From: Nemertoderma westbladi | Taxonomy: Eukaryota > Animalia > Xenacoelomorpha | Length of the DNA stretch: 64,000 nt | Direction: 5' to 3' | Assembly: GCA_032718475.1 (NCBI GenBank) | Contig: JAUCBJ010002660.1 | Coordinates: forward strand, 1,719 to 65,718 | Translations under genes and position numbers: made by a program | Notes under the pieces: generated by a model | Seen by the model: only the letters and a program-made list of their open reading frames with translations | What the model was told of the DNA's origin: nothing | Database searches by the model: none | Shown here: positions 38,839-50,795 of the stretch, in pieces | How positions within the stretch are numbered: the first letter of the stretch is position 1 | Layout of the letters: each line of letters opens with the position of its first letter

Positions 38839-40291
38839 ATCTGCTATATGAGTTTATCAATATTATAATGAGTTTATATTTAGGCTAGCGGGCGTCGCTG
38901 CCTACCCCTCTCAGCCCCCGGACAGCGCAAGATCCTCAGCGCTGGTGTACTTTCGCCGATGTGCCTATCGCCAATGTCGTAGCTGCACAACGACCACAAC
39001 AACCAGCGCGAGTCACTCCACCGTCCGTCCCAAAGGCTTAGATTTACTTCAGGTTCTTACTGGAGAGTTAGGGCTACTTTCACAATTGCGACTCGCTACT
39101 GTAAACACACTTTAGTAGTAACATTCACCTATAAACGCACAAATTCCATACAACTGTCACAAATCGCACACATTCGGGCCATTTGTCCGATAGTCAGTGC
39201 CTTCCAGAATGCCACGTTATTATTGGGTATCCTGGGATACTAGCAGTGTGCTATTTATTCCTTATGCTATTCAATGGGCAAGCTTTATTGTTCTTTTAAC
39301 TCACTTCTAATTCTAGCGTGGTTGTTGCCATGGTGACATTATGGAAAGCTAGCGGTAGAATTAGGGTAATTCCCATGCATACAGATCTGGGATGCTATTT
39401 AATAGTAATTCTTTAATTGTCAATATTTCTCTTTATACATGATTTTATGAATTTTATCGGCTATTGACTATATATTGGAGATTCTCGCACACTAATACAC
39501 TTAATAGGGTGAATCTCCGCTCCCATGATCTATTAATTAATGGAATTTTGGGAATGTTATAAATTGCATAAAAATGACAATTTATCAAATTCATTAAAAG
39601 ATATGAATTTAAATTTATTCCCGTAAATTTTATTATTTAATATTAAAATAGACACAATTTTATTCCAGAACATATCTGGGGACTGGCATCCTTGATTCTA
39701 GGAAATTTGTCCTTTTAAGAGTATCGGTAAGTGCTACGATATCTTAATTGACTAGAATTTTAAAGGATCTAAATTTTGACAGATTTTAATTTATAGATTT
39801 TCTAGAGTTAACTTGTAAGTAGTTACTCTATTGTATCTGTTTGACAGATTTTATAAATATTAATAGTTAATATTTAAGATGGGCACCGGTTTATTCCAGA
39901 ACATGCCTGGGGACGTTAACCACTGATTCTAGAATTTTGTCTTTCAAGTATATCGGTGGGTGCCATGATATCTTAATCGACTAGAATTGCAGATGGTCAA
40001 AGGGTTTAACAGATTTATTTTGCGTTGTACGCTACTGTTAAAGTGACATCACGCTACTATATGTATTATTTAATTTCTCGCCGTTGCACTAAATATATAA
40101 TATATAAGTAATTAAGTAATAAACGCGTATATATATTGCACTAATCTACCAAATAATCGCTAAAATAACATTCTACTAAATAAAATTAAAGAATACGATT
40201 ATAATAAAATTACATAATAATACATACATAAATATAAAATAATAAAAAACAAATATAAAATAATATAGTCACACACCCACTCCAGACGCTG

Positions 40292-43200
40292 TTACGTTGG
40301 GGAGGCCCTAGATGTTTGTTGGATTAGGGAGGTGGTCGTGGGAAGAGTATCTTGCCTTCCATAGTTTCCGGACAGTTCTCGGTCTCTTTCCAGTAAACAT
40401 AAACGACCAACTGGGTGATTGAGCTGCTGCGTCTCGAAGACAATTCCAGGTTTCCTCTTCATCCTGGAATAGTGACGATAGAAACATCGCTTCAAATACA
40501 CGACGGCCTTACAAAGCCGATTCCAGGATCTATAGTGGTCCATCGCTCCTGGAAGGAGAGGTGACAGTCCCTGCGAGATGTCTGGTGTTCCTGATCTCCA
40601 GTCTCTCTCTCTGATCTCCACAACAGATCGGTTCGCAGTGGGGGAGTTTAGATCCACAGCGTCGTCCCTGGAAATGTGTAGTACAGACAGATCTATCACG
40701 GGTTTAAATAACCTTGATTTACTCGTCCGGGTTTTAGGTTTGACTTTCTCCGCTCCCTTGGCTTGTCTAATCTCAGCCGTGGTAAGATGGGGAGGCCATT
40801 CATCTTCTTTACTTAGGAAGTTGGGTCCACCTAACCAGTCTGGAGTATCTGTCAGTTCTTGAGGAGTTGCTCCTCTGGAAGCGATGTCGTCTAGATTAAT
40901 CATCTCGGGGCAATGTCTCCATTGATCTACATTGGAGTTAATATCGTCATTATCTGAGGAGTATGGTGTTCCCTCAGTTGGATCGTCTACCTCACTGCTC
41001 TCCACTTCCCATTCTCTTACTTGATATACCTGTTCTTTTGGTAACCTTTCTATGAGAGTTCTACGGGAATGGCCAGTAAAGTACCAACCCACTCTAGTTC
41101 TTCCCGCATAGGCTTGTAGTGGTTGCGGTTGAGCAGGCCGTTTCTCCAATGTCTCGAGCGCCTCATGCGCATTTTGACCGATGAGTATTTGCACTCCAGG
41201 GTAATCTGTGTTGAATCTAGGTATATCAAACTGCTGGGTGAAATCGTCCTCATCCCAGTTATAAGGTTCTACTTGGCTGGTAGCGAAGTTCTTTATCGCC
41301 ACCATTTTTACTGACCTTATGCTGTGTTCTCCTAGTTCATCCTGGGGGGTGGACAACGCACCTACATAATAATCCGCTATTACTGTAGATTTCCAAACCT
41401 GCATAATTCCTGACATGTTTAACTTAGTTCGGAACTTGGGTTGTCCAGCAAAGATGTCTTCGGCTAGTTCTTTGTCGATGAATGTTCCTGTGCTACCGGA
41501 GTCAAGAAGGGCGTTCACTATATAACTCCTTTCAGGTCCGTGGACCCTTAGCTGCACTACGGGAAATTCTCGGATTCCTACATAAGAAGTTGGTGCTTTC
41601 CAAGATGGTTGTCGGTCAGAAGTAGTTGGGGGGAACTCGCTGTCGGTGTCCTTTTTATACGTAAGTGCTCGATACACTGCGGTATTTATCAGGTAACAGG
41701 ATTCGTTTTCGTCGGAGAATTCGTCCGTATAGAATCCTTCCATCTCAGAACATTGGTCAGTGTCGTTCACATCACTGAATTGGACATGTAGTTCGGACTC
41801 ACTTACCTGACTCGGGCTGTTTCGTTCGAATTCCGTGTGCAACAAGATATGATGTTTTGCGCCGCACTTTGCACACCTTGCGTCGGAGTAACAGGTTCGC
41901 CATTGGTGTCCTCGTCTGAGGCAATTATAACACAACCGCTTATCCCACATGACTTCACGCCTATCCTTGAGTGATTTCTTGAGAAATTCATCACACACAC
42001 TTAAACGGTGGGGCCCGTCGCACAGCGCACATTTCGGTTTGATGTTACTTACCTTACTTTGGGTAACGTTGTGCACACTAGTTCTTTCCTCGGGCTTCCT
42101 TATATGAATTCTCTTAGGAGATGTAGGAGGAGTTTTTCTTACCTGTTCTCTCCTGTCATTGGTTCGAAACTTGAATTTACTTACGTCCTTAGGCGCTTTG
42201 TTGTCATAGTAAGATCTTTCAGTGTCTTTCCCGCTGTCTTCTTCTTGAGAAGCCTGGCTTTCGCCGTCGTCTGTATAACACACTGGTATTACCTTTCTCC
42301 TAGAAACGGGTTTCTCACTTACCTTATTTTCCGGTGTCTTCTCTCTGGACTGTTTTAGGAGCTGTAATTTCACTTCTCCATCTAAGAATGACATGAGATC
42401 AGCCATGGTAGGGTCTCGTCGTTGCTGTTCCATCATATATAACACTTTCTTATCCCAACGTGCACCTACTCCACCCTTCGGTAAAGTAGAGGCCACGGCT
42501 CCAATAACCATAGAACTCTGATATTCATGAGACTTACCTAACCAATCTAATTGTCTACAGATCTCCTGAATTTCATTGGAAAACTCTATAATCCCGCTGC
42601 TAATGAATTTTCGGGGCGCTACCAATTTTGCATACAAATACCTAGCTATGTTATTCCTATTACCATTCCTGATGTTTAGGGTATCCCAAACTTGTCTTAA
42701 TCCATCTGGATGTCCAATAAACTTTAACGCCATTAACTTGGGAGATCCTTCCAAGCACCTGATGAGGAATCTAAGTTTCTCTCCGTTTGATAGCACAGAG
42801 TTCTGTATGTTATCTTTGTAATATTCATTAAAAGGTAACCATTTCATCTCATCTCCATTGAACTTGACGATCTCTCCCACCTTTACCGCTTGACGGGCTT
42901 CGGTTCTAGCCATTTGACGCGTAAAACTTTCTTGGGCCATCGTGTTATTTAATATCGAGTTATCGGTATATAAATTTCTCGGATTATTATCAAGTCTATA
43001 TGGAATATCATTGTCAACAGGTTTATAATTACCCTTAATAGGGTTTACTATAGGAGTTTCCACTTCGCTAGCAGTATAGATGCGTGTAGGCTCCACACCT
43101 TGCGCATGAAATACTTCAGACCTAAGAGGTTGACACATTGTTACAGGGGGTGGTGGTATAACCTTTTGTGTATTTACTAATTTATCGCGTTCTAACGCGA

Positions 43201-45223
43201 TACTTTGCTGCACTTCTTGCAACTCTAACCTACTCTCTCTAATTGTTCCCTTTAACTGCTGCACAGTCCCCTCCATCTCCTGGACCTGCTGAGAGGAGCG
43301 AGAATGGTGTTCCCTCAGCTGCCCGAGCAGGAGACCCATCTCCCGTCGTCCCTCATCTACCCACTCGACCGCCGAAGCGGGAGGCGCCAACGTTGTAGCG
43401 GGCGGACGAGGGACAACGGGCGACAAATCATTAATATTTCGCTCGGAGTCCAGGACATGAACATTTTCAAGGGTGATTCTGTGGGGCACAGGTAGCTTAG
43501 TGCTGTGCAGGGGGAATTTAGAGGTAGGTTCAGGGAGTACAGGTGTCTCTATCACCGAAGGGGTGGCTTCGAGAACAGGCCCAATTATTTCAGGCTCATC
43601 TACTATAGTAGGGAGTCTTTCTATTTTAATAATTTGGTCTGTGGGTTCTGTACTACCTAAGTCTGTGCTAGCTAGTTGCCTTCTAACAGCTGGGGGCAAA
43701 TCAGGCAATTTCTGACGGTGGGACATTCTTCTACGCCTACTTAGACGAGATCTATTTCCTCCGCCTTCAGGATCGGTGGTATCGCCTTCATCAGAGGATG
43801 TAAATCCCTGTCGTTTGGGAGTAGATCGACTCATCATCTGCATTTGACTAGCTGTTAACTGTTTATTGAAATTGTCTTGCCTCTCTTGAAGATTTTCCAA
43901 CTCTAGTTGGGATGTCTCTTCAGATGCCCTACGTTCTGCTTCTGCCACTGCGATCTTTCTTTCCGCTTCTGCCGCTGCCGCTTTTGCCTCTCTTTCCGCT
44001 TCTGCCGCTGCCATTGCCGCTGCTGCTGTCTTTCTTTCCGCTTCTGCCGCTGCCATTGCCGCTGCTGCTGTCTTTCTGTCTTCTATACGTTTTTTCTTTA
44101 CTTGTTCTTCTTGAACCTTAGCGATGTGGATGCGTTCATCAAATTTAGCAAAAATTAGGGCGAAGTCCAGTCAGCCTTCTCCTCAACTCTTCATCACCTA
44201 CAAAGCGTTGATAGTCTGACAGATAGATGTCAATAGCATCCCTCTTATGCGGTTTCTCTGCTGTCGCTTCGCTTTCCACTTGGGAAAAGGTAGCGTCTGT
44301 TGATTCTCCATGGGTTGAGCGTTCAGCCAGCTGAGCTTTCCACTGGGCCGTTCCTTGAACATGGAGACTCACCCGCTGGAACCAAGTCTTTACAGCAACT
44401 TGCAACGACGTGTCTTGTCTTCTTTTTGAAGCTTCTTCAAAGGCTGATAAGATTAGTCTGATTCTTAGAATTCTTTCTCTAACTTGATAAAGCAGCTCTC
44501 CCTGCTCTTGAGGTCCTTGGGGTTGTCGAAACAGTTGTTCCTCTAATCGCTCCATAGAGCTGAAGAATCCCTGTACATATCCTGCTGCTGACCTCTTCCA
44601 CACAGCTGGATCAATGGTTTCTTTCATTACTCCCATCCTGTGTATGTCTTCCCAGGCAGCTTCCGATAAGTCAAACGGTAGTCCGGGTCCGGGGAAGTTC
44701 CATTGCGACTCGACAATAGACTTCAATTCTTCCCTTGTGTATCCCACATAACTATCCTTGGTCGATGCTTACTTCTCGCCCAATCAATCTGGTGTTCCTC
44801 CACCGCAATCAATACCCTAGTGAGTACGGCTGCAGGAAGGATGAGAAGGGGATCCGAATAAACCGTATCTGCCATCTTTGCTCCGCGCTCGGGTGTCAGC
44901 TCTACAGTATCCGAACTACTGGAGCTGTCGGTCCGCTGAGAAATAAGTTCTCGGCTAGGGGGTTGTTGCTGTTTGACAGCTGCTTCTTGATCCTGCTTGA
45001 CTTGAGCCCGAGTGCCTATGACAGACCTACGGCGCTTCACTAACTTCGCAAATTGCGAAATTGCTTCTACTAACCTAGGTTCTGACACAGCTACTGTAGG
45101 GGTTGCCTTTCTTACAGTAGGAGGGGTCTCAGACCTCGGTCTGGGATTCTCTATACTCCTATCTGAGAAACAGACTGTTGTTTCTAGGAGACTATCTGAC
45201 AGAGTTTGCCTTGTGTCAGCCAT
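40292..45223 (-). pseudogene. BEL/Pao gag-protease with pol remnants (two frameshifts in N-terminal gag; RT and most of RNase H/IN deleted)
   Basis: DUF1759-like FNGD..KW..F...LSNGEKLRFL..CLEG; three Zn knuckles (CALCDGPHRLSVC, CYNCLRRGHQWRTC, CAKCGAKHHILLH); protease ALLDSGSTGTFI; Pao RNase H end QWRHCP..IN..DIASRG...WLGGPNFL...EWP; IN tail HPVGRLCLLE. ORFs 44723-45223 and 44145-44747 overlap the next open frame near 44760 and 44160. Confidence 0.88.
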
Positions 45224-45781
45224 GTTTGATTGTACAGTTGAATGCCTACTGCTATATTACAGTTAAAGCAAGTCTAGTAATTCAGTATCACTGTTAGCCT
45301 AGTAATTAATTACCGATATCGTTACTCTATGTAACGTGATATATATACAATATATTAGAGTACCGGTATATACTTATAGTATATATAAGTATTATTACAG
45401 ACTAGGTTTGTCACAGAATACCAGTATATAATTTCAGCACAAATATATATAAATATATAATAGGCCTATCGTGAATACCGGTATACAGCTTACACTTATA
45501 ATATATATAAGTATAATTATAGACTAGAATTAATTACAGAATACCGGTATAATTTCAGCCTAAATTTATAAAAATAAATATAATAAGCCTATTGTAAATA
45601 CCGGTATGTCAATTATTTTAGAATAATTGAATTTCTGAAATTTAGGGGTTACTTAGTTACTTTACTTTACCTTATTACCGTTATTTAAGCAGTAGTCCAA
45701 CTGATATTAAGACCTAATTGTTGTATGACAGGCCTACTATTTTATAAATCGGTTTGAGTTGATTTATAATATATATACCCC

Positions 45782-46774
45782 TATTTATTTATTTATTTAT
45801 TTATTTATAATCTCGGACACAAACGATCCATTGTACATACAAGGCAGAACTAACTAAACTAAATTTGAGAAATACAGCACATTAAAGTAGAATTACACCA
45901 AATACGAAAATAAAGGAAATTTAACAATGTATTCCGAATACGATAATTACGTTAAACTTGGATCAAGCACCTTGTGCCACCGATCAATCAGAACAGAGTT
46001 CACTGAAAAATTAGTTATAATAGCACCAATTAGCGTATTACCTGAGTTATTTACTCTATTTAACAAGGAAAATATAGATTTGCGCATAATGGCCTTAAAG
46101 GTATTTACTCTATTATTAACAAAAATTGTGTCTGCATCGTCACTGCGGGAGTATTTAAACAACAGACGAAAACACATGTTATAGGCTACTTTCACTTGTC
46201 GCAAAGTTTGAACACGGAAAATAGACCACAAAGAGCTGCAATATAAACTGTAGCAATAAGTTTTGAACAAACATAGTTTAACACCAAGAGAACACCGAGA
46301 GAAATTTCTAACTAACAAATTACCTCGACAAAATAAAGAAGATTTAATTTTATTTATGTCTGCTTCATCAGAAAGGTCACAGCTTATAATGTGTCCCAAG
46401 TAAGAAACCTGCTTAACACAGTCTAACGGTTTTCCATTGAGATAGATGTCGCCTGCACGGTGAAAACGATAGGGCATAAAATACAAACAGTGTGATTTGA
46501 GTGGATTGAACAAAATATCAAATTTAGCGCCGTAACGCTCACATATCTTGACTAGTGCACGTAACCCAAAAATACTCGGCGACAGTAAACACAGGTCATC
46601 TGCGTAAAATAAGTGATTTAAAAGACTCTTTCAAACTTTACAACCAACATTAGATTTGTTGAGTTCTACACTTAAGTCATTCATATAAATGTTAAATAAG
46701 AGCGGGCTGAGCAAACTTCCTTGACGGACACCATTTGAAACCAAAAATGCACCGGAAGAAGCAGAACCCCAGCT
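45782..46774 (-). mobile_element. 5'-truncated LINE (RTE-X-like, tentative) nested in the BEL 5' leader
   Basis: VSNGVRQGSLLSPLLFNIYM...NHLFYADDLCLLSPS...FNPLKS...YLGH...CSLGVKLCLFKTYC; (aaat)n tail at 45782-45807; TSD tatacccc at 45774-45781 and 46775-46782. Confidence 0.88.
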
Positions 46775-47568
46775 TATACCCCAGCCCTATAATGGGTTTT
46801 GTCAATATTTGAAATAAATGTTATTATTTCTGGGAAGGAGTCACTACACAGAAGCTGTGCGCTCTCAGTGAAGTGCTACTTGTTGGACACTAAAACAAAT
46901 AATTATAATTTACCTAAGTTACTTATTACTACAAATTACGTACAATTCAGGGTGAGATTACAATCTCTAAATAAACACAAAAAAATTACACGTACGAATT
47001 TTTAGGGTAATTTTACAAGAAGTCTACAAACCAGCCTAACAAAGGGTTAGAATATCTGGTTATTACAAACAGACAGGATTCTACGGTATTTGAAAATAAC
47101 AAAGCAGTAGTAAATATACTGCGTTGTCCAGATAGGAAAAATACCACCATCTGACGACTTATAGCCGTATCGCTATATAAGTACTACATTATGTATCACG
47201 GAGTGTTCCTACCTAGAAGTTAATTACCGCGGTCTACCAGAACCAACGTGCCTATTAACCACTTTACAACACAAATATACTGGCTACACACTAATTACCC
47301 TCGGAAAGCACTGTATACTAAACCCTAAATTAGGCACAAGTACTTATGCAACAAATAATCAGCAGTTAGAAATACTTGTACAGCTAAAAGAACCACGGTA
47401 TCTGCTGGAGTGACCGGGGCACAAAATCACCAGTCTTTACCTACGCCAAGCAGCCCTGATGTAGTACCGGAGTTAATTTAACTATAACGGTATATAACAA
47501 GCACAATTACTGTAGGAATAAACTTGGGGATATGACTGTTGCGAATAATCGCATAAACTCTGAATAAT

Positions 47569-48140
47569 AAATATTGCGCTACGCGTACAGACTACTCAAA
47601 CAAAATACAGACCAAACGCTGGCAGACTACTATCAAGCCCAAACAAACTACAGTATATGCAGACTCCGAAATGGTTAGTTAGTATGCGTTCTAACCGAGT
47701 AGTACGACTTATTCTTTCGAGGGGGTTTACCTCACAGCACTGGAAGCCCCTACTTTCCTAACTAGTACTTTATCGGACATACACTCTACACACACCGCAA
47801 TCTCTTCCGACCTAACAACAGCCAGACAACAATCCAGCCTACAAATTATCTGAATAAGAAATATTACGCTACCCGTACAGACTGCACAAACAAAATACAG
47901 ACCAAACGCTGGCAGACTACTATCAAGCCTAAACATACTACAGTATATGCAAACTCCGAAATGGTTAGTTAGTATGCGTTCTAACCGAGTAGTATGACTT
48001 ATTCTTTCGAGGGGGTTTACCTCACAGCACTGGAAGCCCCTACTTTCCTAACTAGTACTTTTTCGGACATACGCTCTACACACACTACAATCTCTTCAGA
48101 CTTAACAACAGTCAGACAACAGTCCAGCCTACAAATTATC
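47569..48140. repeat. 290-bp tandem duplication in the BEL 5' leader
   Basis: caaaatacagaccaaacgctggcagac at 47601 and 47891. Confidence 0.9.
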
Positions 48141-48541
48141 CGTATAATCTGGGCAGGCTTACACGTCTTCTGCTCAATATTGGCCTACAAATAAATAAAA
48201 CTGACAGAAATAAGTAAAATCCCAATAAAAAACCAGGGCGGGCCCTCCCTGATTCAAAATTAAGGCCTACCGGTATATAATTATCAAATCGAATAATACT
48301 GCTGTACCTGTACTGCTGTAAGTACCGGTCCGGGTGGTTAGGTAGTCAGGCCTACTAGGTACCGGTCGACCGGTACTTCAGCTTTATTGCCTACTGCAAT
48401 ACAGAAGCAATAACCGTTATTGTTCTTACCAGAACAATATTAAACTGCATTTATTGCCTACACTGCAATCTGAAATCAATATCTGTTATTGTTCTTACCA
48501 GAACAATAGACAACTATATTTATTGAAGTTATATCTGTTAT

Positions 48542-49709
48542 TGTTCGCGCTTTCAGACCTTTAGCAGTTTAACCTGCCAAATTTGGATGTCTTCTAGATT
48601 GTAAATCGACTTTAGCCTATGACGAGTATTTGATACACTACATTAGCCGAAGCCAGTCTATGCGCGACCATTCACCCGCTGGATATACCCGGGAGACTGG
48701 ATTCGGAAGCCTAACCTTATTGCGGTGTAGGCCTACTGTATTATTCGACTGATTGTAATATATAATCTCTGACAAATATTATTCACTTTCGGGAAATATT
48801 AACAGTTCCTTTAGGACGTGGCGCTCTAAATATGTAAACAGAGTTATGACTTACACTAGACACAACGGGATGGCTATGGATTCACGTATATAGCGCATTC
48901 TTTAGGAGATGCTTTATTATCAATCACAATCATGCACACTACTGCACAATGCTGCACACCAATCTGCCGACCTTCACTAATTTAGTCACATATAAAGAGA
49001 ACAACGACCGATGCATGTAGTGCCTATGAAATAGCATTAGATTCACTTCAAAACCACTTTAATGTAAGTCGCAATCGTTATATGTAACCGGTCTCTCTTA
49101 CCTTCAGTATATCAAGAAGATTGAGGGTTTTATGATTAATTTATCGATATTATCCAATATAATAATATTCCATCAACTGATATAATTAATGACCGACAGT
49201 AAATAGCAGTAAAAAATGCGGTGTTTGTAGTTGACAATATGATTAGGTGAGTAGATAACAGATATACATTTCTATGATTAAGCCTACTAATGTTGGGCTA
49301 AAGCCTGAAACCACAGAGATTCCAAAGCCGGTCTTCTGGGCTCAGGAAAAAAGGTAAACATTGACCCATAATGCATTGCACGATTTCCCGGAGGTTTCTG
49401 TACAAAAAGCAGGAGAATCGCTCTGATTGGTTGACCGAACAAAGAAACAACAGAGAACAAGGAAAAAGCTACATGTGTACAGATCAGCTGTTAGCTGTCG
49501 TCATAGTAACTACACTGTTTCAAGAGGATTTAGCGTATTGCGACATAGAATTGCTAGTTATGTCCGCTAAAGTACACATACAGAAGAAATGGCTTTTTAT
49601 GTCCACTAAAACACCAGTACAGTAAGGAAACGGCCCTTGATGTCCGTTAAAACACCTACAGAGTACTTTGCGGTAAAAATAACCACCTAATTCCGCAAAA
49701 GCTTTTACA
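48542..49709 (-). repeat. 5' LTR of the BEL/Pao element
   Basis: Direct repeat of 36265-37432, same length, followed by TSD cccac. Confidence 0.95.
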
Positions 49710-50099
49710 CCCACCACCCATCTGACTGTTTGTAAAAGAGGGAAATTTAAAAAGTTGAAATCCGCTACAGCACTACCGGTACTGTAAATTGTTTGAATTG
49801 CAATGCAATGTGGGCTGATATTCAGATAGGGTGGGAAACTGGACGCAATAAAAATTCAACCCGTCTCCAGGGGAAATTGGACCCAAATAACTGTTGATTA
49901 CTCTCAAAGATATAACTGTAACCTGTTCTATTGTGTTTAGTTTATTGTTTTGGTTAAAATAACATGCCACTGTAACCTGCTCCTTTCCCTAAATTGAGAA
50001 TTTAACATTGAGGCGGGATATTAATTCGTCAAGGCGGGTTTTGCGTCGAGTTCCCCCCACCCCCCCCTGTCTCCTGATATTACTAGTGTGCAGTATATT

Positions 50100-50795
50100 A
50101 ACTCATTACAGCATTAATGCCCGAGTACGGACCCATCCCATCGTCACACCGAAGGGACGATACCACTCGGTAGTGCAGTAATGGGATCTGTGGTGGCAGT
50201 TTATTTACCACCACGCAGAGTATGAGGTTCGACTGTCAGACTGTGGTGCGAGAACTCCTTCACAGGAAACCACGAATGGAGAGAAGTTGCCACGCCGAGC
50301 TTAAACAGCGTCTGCATTCTGCGTAGAGATGCTACTTCTCTTCTTCGGCCGACTCTAAGACTGACATAGGGGAGCGAGCCACCACCACGTACGACCCGGC
50401 GTCAAGGTTCACAACCCGAATATCGATCAACGCCTGGGTCTGTGGGTTTTGTGCTCCCCGAATGCCAACGCCGCGCCGAAGACCTGCTGGAACGTCGACT
50501 CCCTCCTGCTCGCGACTACCAGCTCGAAGACAACGTTACGTGGTCGGTGGTCCGAACGCACGCACCGTGAGATCTCCACAACGTCCCGGAATTCGTTGTG
50601 CTGTTGACGTGGCCACCCTTTATACAGTTTAAACTGTGGTCCGCATCGACTCTGAATTCGTCGCTCCGGCTAGGCACCGAAGCCCAGGGCAGAAGGGTGA
50701 CCGTAGCAGATCGCTAGCCTGTCTCGGAATTCCTGCAGAGATAAATCCAGTCGGTGGGGTAGTAAAGGTAGATAGTAAAAGAGGTAGCCATTTAG
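50100..50795 (-). mobile_element. Degenerate CRE-like non-LTR retrotransposon 3' region (Zn knuckle and restriction-like endonuclease)
   Basis: Frameshifted minus-strand peptides in canonical order: WL.LL, EFRDRLAICYG, DHSLNCIKGG, HNEFRD, GIRG...QALIDIRVVNLDAGSY, ARRGNFSPFVVSCEG, WYRPFGVTMGWVR. Confidence 0.75.

Larger units (their letters stand above)
36265..49709 (-). mobile_element. BEL/Pao LTR retrotransposon, 13,445 bp, internally deleted (non-autonomous)
   Basis: Two 1168-bp LTRs with TG...CA ends; TSD cccac at 36260-36264 and 49710-49714; BEL-type gag and protease on the minus strand; short purine-rich GGGAGCGG just before the 3' LTR. Confidence 0.93.
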
